Assembly: GCA_964035545.1 (NCBI GenBank) | Contig: OZ037767.1 | Location: 12,162,581 to 12,226,580, forward strand | Origin: Bugula neritina | Taxonomy: Eukaryota; Animalia; Bryozoa | Reading direction: 5' to 3' | Length of the DNA stretch: 64,000 nucleotides | Part shown: one piece after another, positions 1-14,700 of the stretch | Numbering within the stretch: the first letter of the stretch is position 1 | Layout: each line of letters starts with the position of its first letter | The notes under the pieces: model-generated | What the model was told of the DNA's origin: nothing | Database searches by the model: none | Seen by the model: the letters and a program-made list of their open reading frames with translations, nothing else | Translations under genes and position numbers: made by a program

Positions 1-1064
1 AATTTAGCTGCAGTAAAGAAGCTGCCACAGCTAACTAGACAGCAATCACTGTTGACCAATCATATAATATTGAAAGCAGAGCATGAGCGTAGTTATTACT
101 AACTAAGCGAAGAGGAATTATCACAGCACAATTGGTTGTCTTGATGGTGGCATTCTCAAATGGGGGGGGGGGAGGAGGGGGAAGGAGTGTGCTAACTTTT
201 AACTTGGCGGTACTAATTCTTAACCTAGGGCACTATATTTCCCTAGGGGCACTTTAGATAAAGTCAATGAATCCTTCGTCTATTTGCAGTATACTCAAAT
301 TATATGCAATGTAGGGTTCATTAGTTTACTGTACCATGTGTATTAATATAAAGCACAAACATCTGCCACTTGTTCAAGACACAGGCATGAAGTGAGCATA
401 TCATAGTATATAGCGGAGAGAAATTGAAATCCTGGGAGAAATGTAAAGTGTAGGTAGGTTGGAAAATTGTCATATATAGCCTTACTTAATTGTGTTAAGG
501 TTTATATTGCTTGTCATTTGTTAACATGTTATTAAATATTCTCTTTAGAAATATTCACCTGCAGACTATTACTTTTATTACAAGTAAAACCAACAGAAAA
601 ACATTGTCCATTGGAATAATTGCTAAATTTTAGAGTCAAATCTGTGGATTAACCTCTTTGTCAACATTTTACTCTGAAGATGGCGCCAGGTTTTAATGAG
701 TTGGCATTTACTGATGAAAAATAGACTACTTGACTAAAAGTATATGTAAGGTAGGGTGAAAAACTGTGTTAATGTAATACTCCTGATATATTTAACTCTA
801 ACCCACCTGGAACCTAAATAAACTACACCCACGCAACACCATGTACATTCTTACTGTATTGTATTGCAACTCCATGCTAAAGGCCGAATGATTAGTCCCT
901 TGTCTTAAGTCACATGACCTGTTGAACAGTAGAACAGCTGCAGTTGGATACTTGTTGACATGAGCCGACACCTGACCAGTGTGTCATGTTAGACCAGGTC
1001 TCTACCCACAAGGCCACAGCAACTACTGCTACCATCCTGAACTATAGTATCAGAGCCTACTCAC

Positions 1065-1080
1065 CTCCTTTACTTGCCAT
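1065..1080 (-). CDS. possible first coding exon (MASKG..) of a gene running off the left edge
   Basis: Minus strand reads AAA ATG GCA AGT AAA GGA G|GTGAGT, a consensus donor, with an upstream TTATAG acceptor near 1124. No downstream exon identified. Confidence 0.3.
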
Positions 1081-1256
1081 TTTCACTCCTTGAGCTTACA
1101 AGATCTTGAGTCAATGGTCAAACTATAAATTACAAAAGTCCAGATCTTCAGAGGCGACAAGTGATAACCATTATTGTCAGAGAGTAAGGTTATATTGGAC
1201 GTCTGTCTGAAGCTCATATGATATGCAGTATTATTAAACAGACAGTGAGCTACGCA

Positions 1257-1336
1257 CTCTTCCTTCCCTTAGGTTACTCCTCCTTCCCTTAGGTTACTCC
1301 TCCTTCCCTTAGGTTACTCCTCCTTCCCTTAGGTTA
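1257..1336. repeat. 20-bp minisatellite, ~4 copies
   Basis: CTCCTCCTTCCCTTAGGTTA repeated. Confidence 0.9.
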
Positions 1337-1999
1337 GCATCAAATAATATGCAGCACCTGAATCACTCTCAATAAGTCTATGAAATTACTGTTGCAAATT
1401 TTCACCAATAAAAAGGAAGAATGTAGCTGTCTAAGCCAATATATTTCACAGAAAGTAACAGCAATTATCGATGCAGTAAAAGCAAGGTTATTATTATAAT
1501 ATAATTATCATATAAAGTTGTAATTATCTGCTACTGTCACTATTATCCATCATATTTAACATAGTAACAGTAGTTTCGCCTTGGGCCAGATTGGCCTCTA
1601 GGTCATATTAGCTGAGAGCTGTAACAGAGAAAATTGGTCACCACCAGGTGAGGAAATTATATTTGGCATAGATTGGGTTTCTTATTTTGAATTTGGCAAT
1701 TGGGTTGAAGCAGACTGCCTGATGTCCCACATGCATAACTTTCAATGGTAAAACTATCCGGTGGAACTTGTACTATTTGAAAGTTCCATGCCTCTTGTCA
1801 AAATAGGACATATGGCTATTGTTATAATTTTGACCATTAGCTAACTATGGTTATAGCTTCAACCTGACTATGACTAAAATGAGAAGTGTTTTATCTCAGA
1901 GCAAAGCTAGTTCCACTAGTTGTCCACTTGAAAATATTAATGATGGAATTGAGTTTCATACAATGAATAATAACAGCATGACCAGACACTTGGTAGGTT

Positions 2000-2232
2000 A
2001 CACACGCACACACACGCACACACACACACACACAACTCACAGAACGCACACAAAGCACACAAAGCACACAAAGCACACAAAGCACACAATGCACACAAAG
2101 CACACAAAGCACACAACTCACACAACTCACACAACGCACACAACGCACACAACGCACACAACGCACACAACGCACACAACGCACACAACGCACACAACGC
2201 ACACAACGCACACAACGCACACAATACACACA
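2000..2232. repeat. CA-rich 9-bp microsatellite (CACACAACG / CACACAAAG)
   Basis: Visible tandem array; explains the HTT/CVR/LCA ORFs. Confidence 0.95.
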
Positions 2233-3429
2233 TAACTGAATTAAGGTTTATCATCTCATCAGCACAGAACAGAGTACTATGCTCCACACTTTCACAATAG
2301 AAGAAACTTATAGTTTTACTAAACCATATCTAAAATGTATGTAAACTCAAGTCAGGTATATATACATAGTCTTTAGTTACCTTAATCATGTTATATCTAT
2401 GAATGATTTGAAGGCCAAGACTGCAATCCATTTTATAATGCATTGTTCGTTATTAATGACAATCAGAAAGTTGATATACTATACTTGCATGATTTGAGTG
2501 ATTACAATAATGAGATATGCAATATTTTATCCTCCTGGCTGGGGCAAGTCCTTCACTTCAAGGACATGCAGGCTACAATATAACAAGAAAACACACTGTA
2601 GATCATCACCTCTCTATAAGATGACGCAAACTTTATTACGGGTTGAGGTCGCCTTTTAATTCCAACTTTAACGCCTCACAATTTTAACTTTTGCAAAATA
2701 TAGTTTTTCCAGTTCACCTCATACTATTAGAAATCATTGGAAACTTCTGTGGATAACAGGAAATGAAGCTTCACAAAACCAGAACCATGAGAAGAAGCAC
2801 ATTCAGATGGCAATGCTTTCAACACAACATCAGCAAGTTTTGCATAAACAATGCATAGAAAATGCACAAAAAATGTATAATTTTGATGTTGCTTAGCCAA
2901 TCAGAATAAGCCAGTTTTAAAACTGTCTGCTTAATTGTGCAGATATATCGGAACATACTAAATTCAACATAGGAAACGTTTATACAAAGGGTTGAATTTA
3001 GAGAAAACAGTTTTGTTCACACGTAAGTTAAAGCAGCAGTGTACACAGAAAGACTGCGTACATACTAATCTGCTTTACTTATAATCTCTAGTTATTATAA
3101 ATAATAAGAAACAAATAAAAAATGAATATATTTTAAAAGTTAGAGCATTTGTATATATCACATAATAACTTGGTTAGTATTGATTTTTATAACAGAAATT
3201 TAATGGATTGATAGCTTTCTTTCTATATTAATTTAAACAATCTGATTTTAAAATCGAGTCAGTATAGCTCAGATGTGCAGGTAACTTATAATGCCTCCTT
3301 GCTCATACGAAGGCAACCTCCAGATGGTTTCAGGCAAACGGAATATTCTATAACTGCTAGAATATTTTTAAATTCTATTCATATATTCTGCAGCTTATTA
3401 TTTGTATAACATGTTTTCTCAAAGTTGGC

Positions 3430-3539
3430 GTTTTGAAATTCCACCATGCTGCCAATGTAACCACGGTAACCACCATTCTAGGCAGCAGAAGCCGGAGGTA
3501 AGCCTTGAAATCCAAGTATACTATGGCTAGTTTGGAATA
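3430..3539 (+). repeat. solo internal fragment of the 4481-4975 MITE family
   Basis: Near-identical to ~4700-4807 (...ACCACCATTCTAGGCAGCAGAAGC.G.AGGTAAGCCTTGAA.TCCAAGTATACTATGGCTAGTTTGGAATA). Confidence 0.8.
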
Positions 3540-4480
3540 CAGACTGCTGTCTACCAGAGCAGCTCATAACATAGCTGTCACTGCCTATGCTATAAGCAGG
3601 CCACACCTGCATCATATTATCTGCTGACATTTACTTTTTAAATCTAGTCTTAGTTAAATGTAAGAAGTAATGTAAATAGCCTTTAACCTAGTTGCTGCCA
3701 GTTACCTTGCTAGCTTCCATGCCACCTAACACTTGTACAATTAATTCTTGTTGATGTAAGTTAAACAGTGAAGCATGTAAGAATAGGAACTGGGAAAACA
3801 CATTAGCAAATTACTATTCCGCCTGCAAAAAGCTACCAATTATTATATGCAAGAATAGTGGCAAATACATCACAGCTTCGTTGTTCGTCAATATCATAAT
3901 GAACAAACATTATAAGTAAATGGCACATGATAACTTCATTAGACACAGTGGTCATGCTAGTTTTAATTCCAAGTCTTATATTTTAAATATAGCCTAAATA
4001 GCATGAGTGTTTTCTTCCATTATACCTGTTTTAATATAAGGTAACCAAATGGCAATGTGAATGCCATTTAATTTCGCAAAACACCACATAAGAGTAAATT
4101 TAAAGTAGTCTGTAAGAGAGACGCCCAACAAGGAGTTTATATGCAATACAATTGTAAAAGGAATACATTATTGAATGAAAGTGTTCGATTTGCTATTACA
4201 CATTGTAATATATGCTATGTCATCTCTCCATACTCTGTAGTCTATACGCTATGGTCCATATCCCACACACTATACTCTATACTCTCAACTCTAAAGTATA
4301 TTTTTTATTCTGTAATCTAAAGTCTGTAATCTATACTCTATAGTTTATACTCAGTATTCTATGATATAGTCTCTCCACTATAATCCATATTCTTTGGTTT
4401 ATACTCTATAGTCTCCCACTACTGCACATTGCTATACCACGTGGACCAAATTCCTCAATATGGTAGCCATGTATCATATA

Positions 4481-4975
4481 AGGGAAGCCGGGGTAATTTG
4501 AGCCAGGGCATATTTGAGAAAAACTGTTCAATATACAGAGTTGTCTTCTTATGTACACAGGTACACTCACAAATGTGGCATATTTTTTCCTGTTCATCAT
4601 TTCTAAGCTGCATGGTAAGTAAAATATTTTACATTTACCTGTTTGTTAAACAAAAAGTAAATTTTGTGGTCTGTATGTCAAATTACTCTATTTTGACATT
4701 TTTGAATTTCATCATGTTGCCAATGCAACCACTGTAACCACCATTCTAGGCAGCAGAAGCTGAAGGTAAGCCTTGAACTCCAAGTATACTATGGCTAGTT
4801 TGGAATATTATTATGGGTTTAAGGTTTTTTCATGCTGTAAACTAACAATTTTTCAAGTGTTCACAATAGCAAACATGTACATATGTATGAGTAACCAATG
4901 TTGATGCTCAAGACACAGTATTTTGTTTGATACCTAAAAAATGTGAAAAACGGCTCAAATTACCCCAGCTTCCCC
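4481..4975. mobile_element. MITE with ~24-bp TIRs and TA flanks (Tc1/mariner/pogo-type, non-autonomous)
   Basis: TA|AGGGAAGCCGGGGTAATTTGAGCC ... GGCTCAAATTACCCCAGCTTCCCC|TA. Confidence 0.85.
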
Positions 4976-5720
4976 TAATTATCTTCTAGCTCTCGTATAT
5001 TTTGTTTTAGTAAGGTACACTGATAAGTAAAGATGTGGCGATATTTTATTTGTTGTTCACACAAATATCTAATGAATTGCTATCAGTTAGACAATCCAAT
5101 GGGATCACCAACATTAAAGCACACCCAAACTATTATCTTCTCAGGCTGGACTCAAGATCCTGACAAATTATTATTTTTACCTGAAAGCCTCATTTATTCG
5201 TAAAATACTTTTCTTTCTCACTTCAGAAATAAGGATGAAAATAATAATTTTAATTTTACATTATATCATATTTATGCATGCAACTATTATAATATGCCAT
5301 TACCGTACATAACATGAAACATAAATTTCAAAGATCAACAAAACTAATTGTTTGCAAAAATAATTACATGGTGCATTGTACTGTAATATGTAATGGGTTT
5401 AATGTAGGATAACATATTATTACATGTCTTGCATATGCTAAAAATTCAGTCCTTAGAGAAATGATAATTACAAAATATCATAAATTAATACTCCTTAACA
5501 ATTAGCCAATTTTTATATAAAAAAGTAATGGCACATATATGAGCAATTAGCATTTTACTAGACCTATTCTTTAATACAGTGGTTAGGTATAGAAGAGCTG
5601 GCAGTTTGTATAAGAAAGACTTATCTTTGAATGTTATAATAATCAAGCTAACTCTAAATAATGCTGACTATGTAACATTATGATTTAGTCAAGGTTAGAA
5701 CTAGTGAAAGTCACTGATGT

Positions 5721-8700
5721 TTACGCTGAGCTGTCAAAGCAGTGATTTAAATTCACAAAAGCTGCTTCAGGATTATCAGTAACTGTAGAGGTGTTGGTGG
5801 AAATATGGTTATTGTTTTTTGGTGCTGATTTATTTAAATACTTGTGAAAAGGGTCTGTAGCTTGCGTGTTAGCAACCTGTGTGTTAGCAGCCTGTGTGTT
5901 AGCAGCCTGTGCGCTAGTACTAGTTTCTACATTTAAGGAATCCGAGCTAAAGCTCAGTGATTGGCTGGGTGTGTCCTTGAAAATGTCGCTCGTCTGCATC
6001 AATTCGGCAAAGAATCTCGCTCTGGCGGCTTCTAATTGGCTGCGAGTTCGTGCTTTTGGCACAACAGGATCTGGTTGAGTGAGTTTTGGTGCGGGAGCAG
6101 TTCTGTAAGATGGTACAACACAAACTCTTAGGACTGGCAAGTAAATGAAAAAATTGATAGTTTTGATTTTCACATGAAGCTCTTCTTACACGAAACATAT
6201 AAATTGTGATATCAAAATTACTTTGTAAAGTTATTGTGCTGAACATGCAGAATATCAGCATTGTTGCCATAAATAGAATACATTGTACTAAATATTAATG
6301 TGCATTATTTAGAACATGAGTAGTTGGTTTGTTAGAGGCATTGTACAAGTGAAAAATTTGTGAACAAACAACTTTGTGCTCTGCATGGTCAATAACATGG
6401 CCAACACACCGAAAACATGCAAATCAAAATGTCAATATTCATAATTGTCAAGCAAATATTATTCATATTAATATTAGGCTATAGGGAATTAGTAAATGAC
6501 ATCTCAGCTTTGACTCCCAAGTGCTTTGTTCAAGCATGTTACAGCATGAAGCATGTGCTCTTGTCATGGCATGCAGCTTGCACTCTGTTCCTCATAGCAT
6601 ATGCTGTATTATAGCACGTAATATGATTTATCATGGCATGCAGTTGGTTTGGGTGAGTATTGAAAACGCTTACAGCAAGCTACCTTGACCTACCCAGCTG
6701 ACCGCGGACGAGGCCGCCGTCTTTTGATAGGCTGCTGAATGTAGCTAGACCCAAAGAGTCCAGTTAATGAGGACTTCCTATTGACATAAAACCTATGTTG
6801 AGGTTTTCCATTTAAACTAAGCATTGCGCCGGATTAACTCCGTAACAAATAACCAAAGCAAAGAAAAGTCATGTTTCAGAGGAGATAACTCCATGATATA
6901 TAATGAATAAGATTTCTAATTTGTAGAGACAATTATATAGGTAAACATACTCTCTAGGTATTTTAAAGCTTTTTAAGGATAAATATAACTTTAAATGAAT
7001 TTGCATAATTTTACTTTTTGTGACTCAATAAAAAGCATGAGCAGCGTTTAGAAATATAAATTGAACACCTCCTCAAGAACTTGTAACTTATGCAGAGGCT
7101 GATATATACAACAATACTATGAGCCTTACAGGTGCCCACAAGTTTACCACCACCACCACCACCACCACCACCACCACCACCACCACCACCACCACCACCA
7201 CCACCACCACCACCACCACCACCACCACCACCACCACCACCACCACCACCACCACCACCACCACCACCACCACCACCACCACCACCACCACCACCACCAC
7301 CACCACCACCACCACCACCACCACCACCACCACCACCACCACCACCACCACCACCACCACCACCACCACCACCACCACCACCACCACCACCACCACCACC
7401 ACCACCACCACCACCACCACCACCACCACCACCACCACCACCACCACCACCACCACCACCACCACCACCACCACCACCACCACCACCACCACCACCACCA
7501 CCACCACCACCACCACCACCACCACCACCACCACCACCACCACCACCACCACCACCACCACCACCACCACCACCACCACCACCACCACCACCACCACCAC
7601 CACCACCACCACCACCACCACCACCACCACCACCACCACCACCACCACCACCACCACCACCACCACCACCACCACCACCACCACCACCACCACCACCACC
7701 ACCACCACCACCACCACCACCACCACCACCACCACCACCACCACCACCACCACCACCACCACCACCACCACCACCACCACCACCACCACCACCACCACCA
7801 CCACCACCACCACCACCACCACCACCACCACCACCACCACCACCACCACCACCACCACCACCACCACCACCACCACCACCACCACCACCACCACCACCAC
7901 CACCACCACCACCACCACCACCACCACCACCACCACCACCACCACCACCACCACCACCACCACCACCACCACCACCACCACCACCACCACCACCACCACC
8001 ACCACCACCACCACCACCACCACCACCACCACCACCACCACCACCACCACCACCACCACCTCACCTGGGAGTCGTCTGTAAGGATGATGTTTCTGTAGAC
8101 TCGGTACTCTCATCCACCACAGGAAGTGACGTCACAGTAGAAGTCAAGTCGCCGCTAGAATGAGCTTGTCTCAACTGAGGAGATACTAGGAAGTTGTCAG
8201 ATCCCTGACTCCCCAATTCGTCCATATCTGATGACTCTGATGGCGTAGTCTCACTGTGAATACCCGAATCATTAGGACTCGGTTGTTCTGGCGAGTCTGT
8301 AGTGGGTTTGAGAGAAGTGCTTGTTTCTAGTTCTAAGTTACCAACGTCTTTTATTTTGATGGTGTCTACAGTGAGTGTGGCTGGTTTGACTGTGTCTACA
8401 GTGAGTGTGGCTGGTTTGACTGTGTCTACAGTAAGTGGGGAAGGTTTGACTGTGTCTACAGTAAGTGGGGAAGGTTTCACAGTGTCTACAACAGTGCTTT
8501 CAGAGTCAGTATTTATGTTAAGTGCTGTAAGTTCAACAGAGCTTGCTGGCAAGTATATTTCTGTATCTCCAATTATAAAACTGTTGACAGGCGCTGTTTT
8601 TTGTGAAGATTCAATTATTGGTTCAGGAACTGGAGAGCTGGCCTCGTTGAGGGTATCGTGTTTTTCCGATTCATCTGCTGCCAATACGAGATGAGTCATG

Positions 8701-11700
8701 TAGTTGTCACTGTAGTCTTGTTCTTCAGTTACTGAGACACTCACAACCCAATCAGGAAGTGCGGCAACTTCTTTTACTTTAGAGATTGGAATTACCTCCT
8801 CTTCAATAGCCTCTTCAGCTGGAGAAGGATTATTTACTCTAATGGTTTGAGTGGTTACTTTTTCTGGGACAAGTTGATGTACTCGCTTCGGCTTTTCAGG
8901 AGGAAGCTAAAATAAAGCAAAAGCCCATCAAAGCACTGTTGCTATGTAACATATAATACTCCTATTATGGTATGCAAAATTTTTTTCCATCAAACTAAAT
9001 CTTAAGGAGTTGGGAATTTTTCAAGATTTAATATAAATTAAGTTATAAAGTAAGTACATGTATATATTGTGTAAAATATAAAAGTGACTTATACAACTAT
9101 AATGCAAAACTAACACTATTAATACAACTATTGTCCAATATTCCACCTGTTTAATTTCAGCAGCTACTGCCTTGCTGTTAGTTGTGTCAGCAGAACCTGA
9201 AGCTATAGCTACAGGTGAGTCTAAATCTTTTATACTTAGTCCATGGCTCTTCTGCATATCAAGTGAAGTGCTTAGCTCTTCAGACAGCTCTTCAAGACTG
9301 TTTTGGAGTCCATAGCTGTCAGATCTGTAACGTAATTGGAATTCATTAGCTTAGGTTATAGGTAACAAATGACAAGGCAACAATATAGTTTATGTTTAAT
9401 TTCATACAAGCCTTGCAAGCTCATACCATACTTGTTTTCTAGCCATGACAAAACGAAAACTGAAAACACCCATTCAATATAGCGTATTTAGTAAACTGAA
9501 TTGCCAAAACGATATTTCCTTCACAGGATGTAAATCTTCACAGCATGCTATTCTATGACGAATCAAACAATAAACAATGGAGGGAAGGTAACTACCTCCC
9601 GCAGCTTTCAACTGTTGTGTCACTGTCACTTAGTCTATGGAGGTTGGAGTCACTAGCATCAATCAGATTGAGTGTATTACCAAACTTGTCTTTTACTAGT
9701 GATCCTTCTAGTGGCGTCTCACTTCCCTCTGCAATTTCTTGTGTTGCTAAAGTAGTAAGAGGTTAAAAATACGCATATATATATAAGCTAACTTTAGAAT
9801 GATAGAATCTTATGAAACAAATAAAGTGTTTCCACAACATAGAGAATTTGTTTAAAAGATATTTTGTACCAATCAGTATATTTATGTTATCATCTTGGAG
9901 GTAGCATTTCTACAAAGTTATTTCTAGATTATTACTCCCTTATGAGTTGTAAGTTCTCAAAAAAAGAAAATTTAATCTTATTAACGAAACTTTTATTGCC
10001 AAAACTTTTTTCACTATTGAATTGTAAAAAACTTGGAATAAAATAAATCTTAAATATGTCTTTTTAACTAAACATTTGCTTTTCCACAGCCTTTTACTTT
10101 AACATTTTTTATTTTAGTTTCTATATATAGAATATTTTTGACAGATAATAATTAATATCACATTTTCATGACTGCGTGAAACATGCACTGCATACTTGCA
10201 CAAAGCTGTCAAATTTGTACACATAGTCTTTTAAACATTGTTTTATTAATTATTGAATTTTTCTATTCAAATGCTTCACATAAATAAATTTATGAAAGGC
10301 TTTTGATCAAAACAAATAAAAAGACAAACTAGAAGTCACATGTTCGGTTTAAAGAGCTTTACTTCAAAACTGACCAAACATGCTAAAGTTAACGGAATAC
10401 TTTTAATAATATTTTGATTGTGGCTAGTCATTTTGACACGTTCCTATCTATATACCATACACTCATAATACTTTCAACTCTAACTTTGACCATAGTAATA
10501 TAGATAAGTATTAGCAAAAAAATTTCCACGGTTTTAAATTTTAATTTAAAACATTTAATCAACCATGAAGATTTTTATCATGATACTCAAAACATCGTTG
10601 ATTTTCACAAATTAAAACTGACCAATCAACTGGCTGAGAGATGTGCCGGGCCGAGAAGGAATTTTTTTCTGCTTTTTAGAGGCATGAGTGCCGGCACCGA
10701 CGCTCTGGCTTCTGTAAACTGGGTGGTACACCTCTGAGGTGATGTCATGGAGCTCCTTGGTGGGACTCGCACTCAACTGTGACAGTGGTGTGGAACCACG
10801 GGCTAACTCTAGAGTCATTGGATATGGTGCCGCGTAGCTCAGTATAGTTAAAGCATCCTCATATGTCATATTACCAAACTCTATTTTAACACTCAAAATT
10901 CTATCACCTGTAAAATAAAACTTCAAGTTTTTTTGATCATGTAGCTTGACTTTACTTTTACACAGCATCATCAGCTTTTTGTTGACTTTCAGATTTCAGC
11001 TGCCACTTGCATGTTATACTGAAGGACAGTTTGCTGCTATAAGAGCTCACCTACAGACACCTTCCCACTCTCTAGAGCTGGTCCTTTGTCATTGAGAGAG
11101 CCGATAATAATACCATCAGTCAGTGTGCCGGTGACACTAAACCCTGGACCTACAGAGTCTCTACTCACCAACTCCACCTCCGAACATTCATAGTTCTGAA
11201 GGAAAAAATAAAGAACACTAAATGTATAGCATTATAAGAACTGACCAATATAAAGTTTTTTTGAGTCTGCAAAAAGTCTCAATAGCATAAAACACTATAA
11301 ATTAACATTATAATAGTAGTAACTGGTGCAGGCCATCATTTATACTTGTGTGAGTACAAAAACATTGATAATGGTGCAACTGAATTGTTGCCAAATTCCA
11401 GCACTTTCAGCATATTTAATACAAATTCATCACACACCAAACACAGCAAATAAAAGTTCTGAAGTGATTTACAAAGTTAAGCACCCAATTTGTGGATCTG
11501 TGAATCACCGTGTATGTCTAGACACTAGAGAAACACCAGTTACCGTTCAGTGAACAATATACAACTACAGAGGTGTTATCTATCACTCACAACGTAATCA
11601 AGCAAACAGAGATCATCTTGTGTGGAGGAGGGTAGCTGAGTCAGCGATTGAGAGTGTGGCGTGCTGTCAGTAGATTTATCACATGGTGCAGTGAGGGAAA

Positions 11701-14700
11701 ATGGTGCTTGGTGTGATAACGAATTAGGTATGACCTAGATAATTTAACATAACAAATACACAAGTGTAATTTCTAAGCTAACGTAATACAGAGAAAGTAG
11801 AAAACTAGAAATTATCAGATATAGGCTATCAGTTTAAAATTCTATACATTTCACATGAATATTTTAAAGTTTGATAATCAATAAGATAAAAAAGCTTCCT
11901 GAATGAGCATATAAACTTTAAAAAGAAAAGCTTTTAGGTTTGTAACTACAAGCTCATAATGAGTCAATATTCAAAATGAAACTGACTGGGACTGAAAACT
12001 TGTTGTACTTAATTTGCAATCTTATATTTTAAACTACAAATACTAACCAATTTTTTCTGGTAAAACTCAAATAGCTTTAAAATTATAAAATAACACACAA
12101 ACAACAAAGATAATCACTCAAGATACATTTATATTTTCGATAAATTTATAATATAATGCACAAGATAAAAGAAGCCTCTTAGCATGAGGTCTAAAGTTTA
12201 GGCAACCGGGGTTTCTTCATTCATTTAGGTCATAGTTTAGGCAAAAACTGCAGATCGAGCTGTTGTGAACTTGCAAGTAGGTTAAATTATTCTACTTTCT
12301 AGGTAAAAATGACACAAGTAATAATGGAGCAAGTAATAATGGCACAAGTAATAATGGAGCAAGTAATAATGGCACAAGTGGAGCAAATGGAAAGTAGGTA
12401 AAAATAGCATACTGATGTTAAATGTTCCGAAACTCTTAAAACCCAACCCCCAAACTCGAACCCCATCTTCAAACGCACACCCCCAACCCCCACCCCAAAC
12501 CCTAATATTGAAAATGTGCCATTTTTTTCTACTTTGCCACTTGTGTCATTTTTAGCGGGTTAAATATATGCCCTTAGAAATGCCAGTGACAACCATCTAT
12601 CTATAATCAAGCTGCATTAGCTTAACTTTTAGTAGCAACCGAGTTGCTGAGTTATGGCTGAGTCAGATTGAAACATAACAATAAGAACAAGACCCAGTTT
12701 ATACCCATTGATAGAGGCAATGTTCCTTTTTTACTTGTGCAAACAATTGACTATAATGTGTTATAGAGATAGGAGAGGAATGTAGTTTGGGCCTGATGTT
12801 GCTTGAAGCAACATTTAATTGTGACTTATATTTTGGTAATTTAGTAAGGCTATAGAACTAACAACATGCGGATCAGTCATACAGTCTTGTATTGCAATCA
12901 AGATAATACACATCTCCAATAGCCACAGGTTTTCAGAATGAAATATACATTCTTGTATAGTTCAGGCATTAGAACAGTTCTCAAGATTACAGGGATATCG
13001 AATGGGCATGTGTATAGAAGTATCTTATACTAGTAGAAAGCATCCATTACCAACTACTTTCACAATATGCTGCTGTGTGTAGTATTTGCTTTTGCTGCAT
13101 ATGGTGCTCAAAGAATTATAGTAAGGCATAGTACTGAATTAGTTGTACAATGCGCTGTCCACTAAACATAATATAACAGTGAATGCCCTGGGTACTTCGG
13201 TGTATAAAATAACAAATTCTCACTCAGCAAATAAATAATATGAAGAGATGTATGATCAGATCTTTTTTGTCATACTGCTTATGATGACAAGGGGAAATAA
13301 CTTCCAACTGAGCCCCCTTTACCTAGCTCATGATTTCAACTAATATAGACATTTACCTTTACAGAGTTTGTCCGAGAAGCAGGCGAGGGGCTGCTTTTTC
13401 CTTCCTCTTTTTTACAAGGAGAAGTGGCTTGCGGTAATTCGGTTTCTAGTAGCAGACATTAGATTATAATATTCACAGTTCATGTTAAACTAGAAAATCA
13501 TGTTGGGAGAACAGCTTACACACTTTTGATTTCTAGACTAGCTGACGGACATCACAAGTTCTGAGTATTAAGTTGTGTATAATTGGCAAACTGTTCAGGC
13601 TACATTCTGTCAATATACTAGGGCTATCTAGCAAATTTTACATGTTAAAAGACTTGAGGCTTGCTGATTTTGATGCATTTTGTGTAGATATAAAATATTA
13701 TATTACACACAGACAGAACTATATGTTGAACAATTGTCAAACAATTTTTAGTGCACTAAACAACTCCCTTACTCCCACACAAATTAATCATTATTTTCTG
13801 ATATTGGAAAGTTTTCAACGGTATAAGAGCACAAAGTAGAAGGAACCCTAGATTATTGGAAAGCTACTCTAACACACCCTCTCTCTGCTGGAGTTCAGCC
13901 AGCACAGCATTGTCTGTAAGGATATCGTCATCAACAAAAGCTGAATTCTGTTGGCCAGTGTTTGCATGCTTGCTGTTTTTACTCTTTCCTCCTGCAAAAG
14001 AAGGAAAAGATATTCTTTTGAACTAGCATTTGTACATAGCCTGCTGAAGCATGATGCGCGCGGCACGCATGCACACTTCTTGCCCCTCCTCTCCTGCTGT
14101 CCCAGTTATGAGATAGACTAGGTACACGACTAGTGTTGATGTCAAGATGACATGCCATTACAATTCAAGAAACTAATAACTCTGCACTGAAAGCTTTTGT
14201 TTATTGGAGAACTTGGCTTCACAAAACTCATCAAATTTACTTGTTTTGTTGGAGGGTTAAAAGAAGAAACAATGATGCTTACTGTTACAAGGATTGAAAC
14301 TTGAAAATCTCTTACAAGTATGCCAGCTAAATTAAACCCAACATTGTTTACTCTAAACTAGCTATCAGTTTTCAAAACCAATTGTTGTTTTTTGTGCAGC
14401 TAAACATATTGTGGTTTATTTGAAACAAAAACATTAATTATCAGACTTCTGTCATATAGGTTTTACTCAAAACCGAATTTCAAAAGTATGAAGAGAAGGC
14501 AAGATGAGTTTAGTATAACATGAATGAGACACTTAAAAGTAATTATGGGCCACATAATTTACACGTTGGTATACCAGACAGAATGATTAATAACGTGTAC
14601 TATGCAGTCATGTCCATTCAATAAACTACTTTAATTCAATTAGAGTTAGTATTTCTCATAAACTAAAATATGAAAATTCCGAGGCAAAACGTCTAATAGT

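Noticed and set aside
1870-2287. HTT/CVR/LCA repeat ORFs
   Set aside because: Translations of a 9-bp CA-rich microsatellite.
7088-8163. 300+ aa poly-Val/Thr/Pro/Trp ORFs
   Set aside because: These are translations of the (CCA)n tract. The real exon ends at a consensus donor at 8065/8064.
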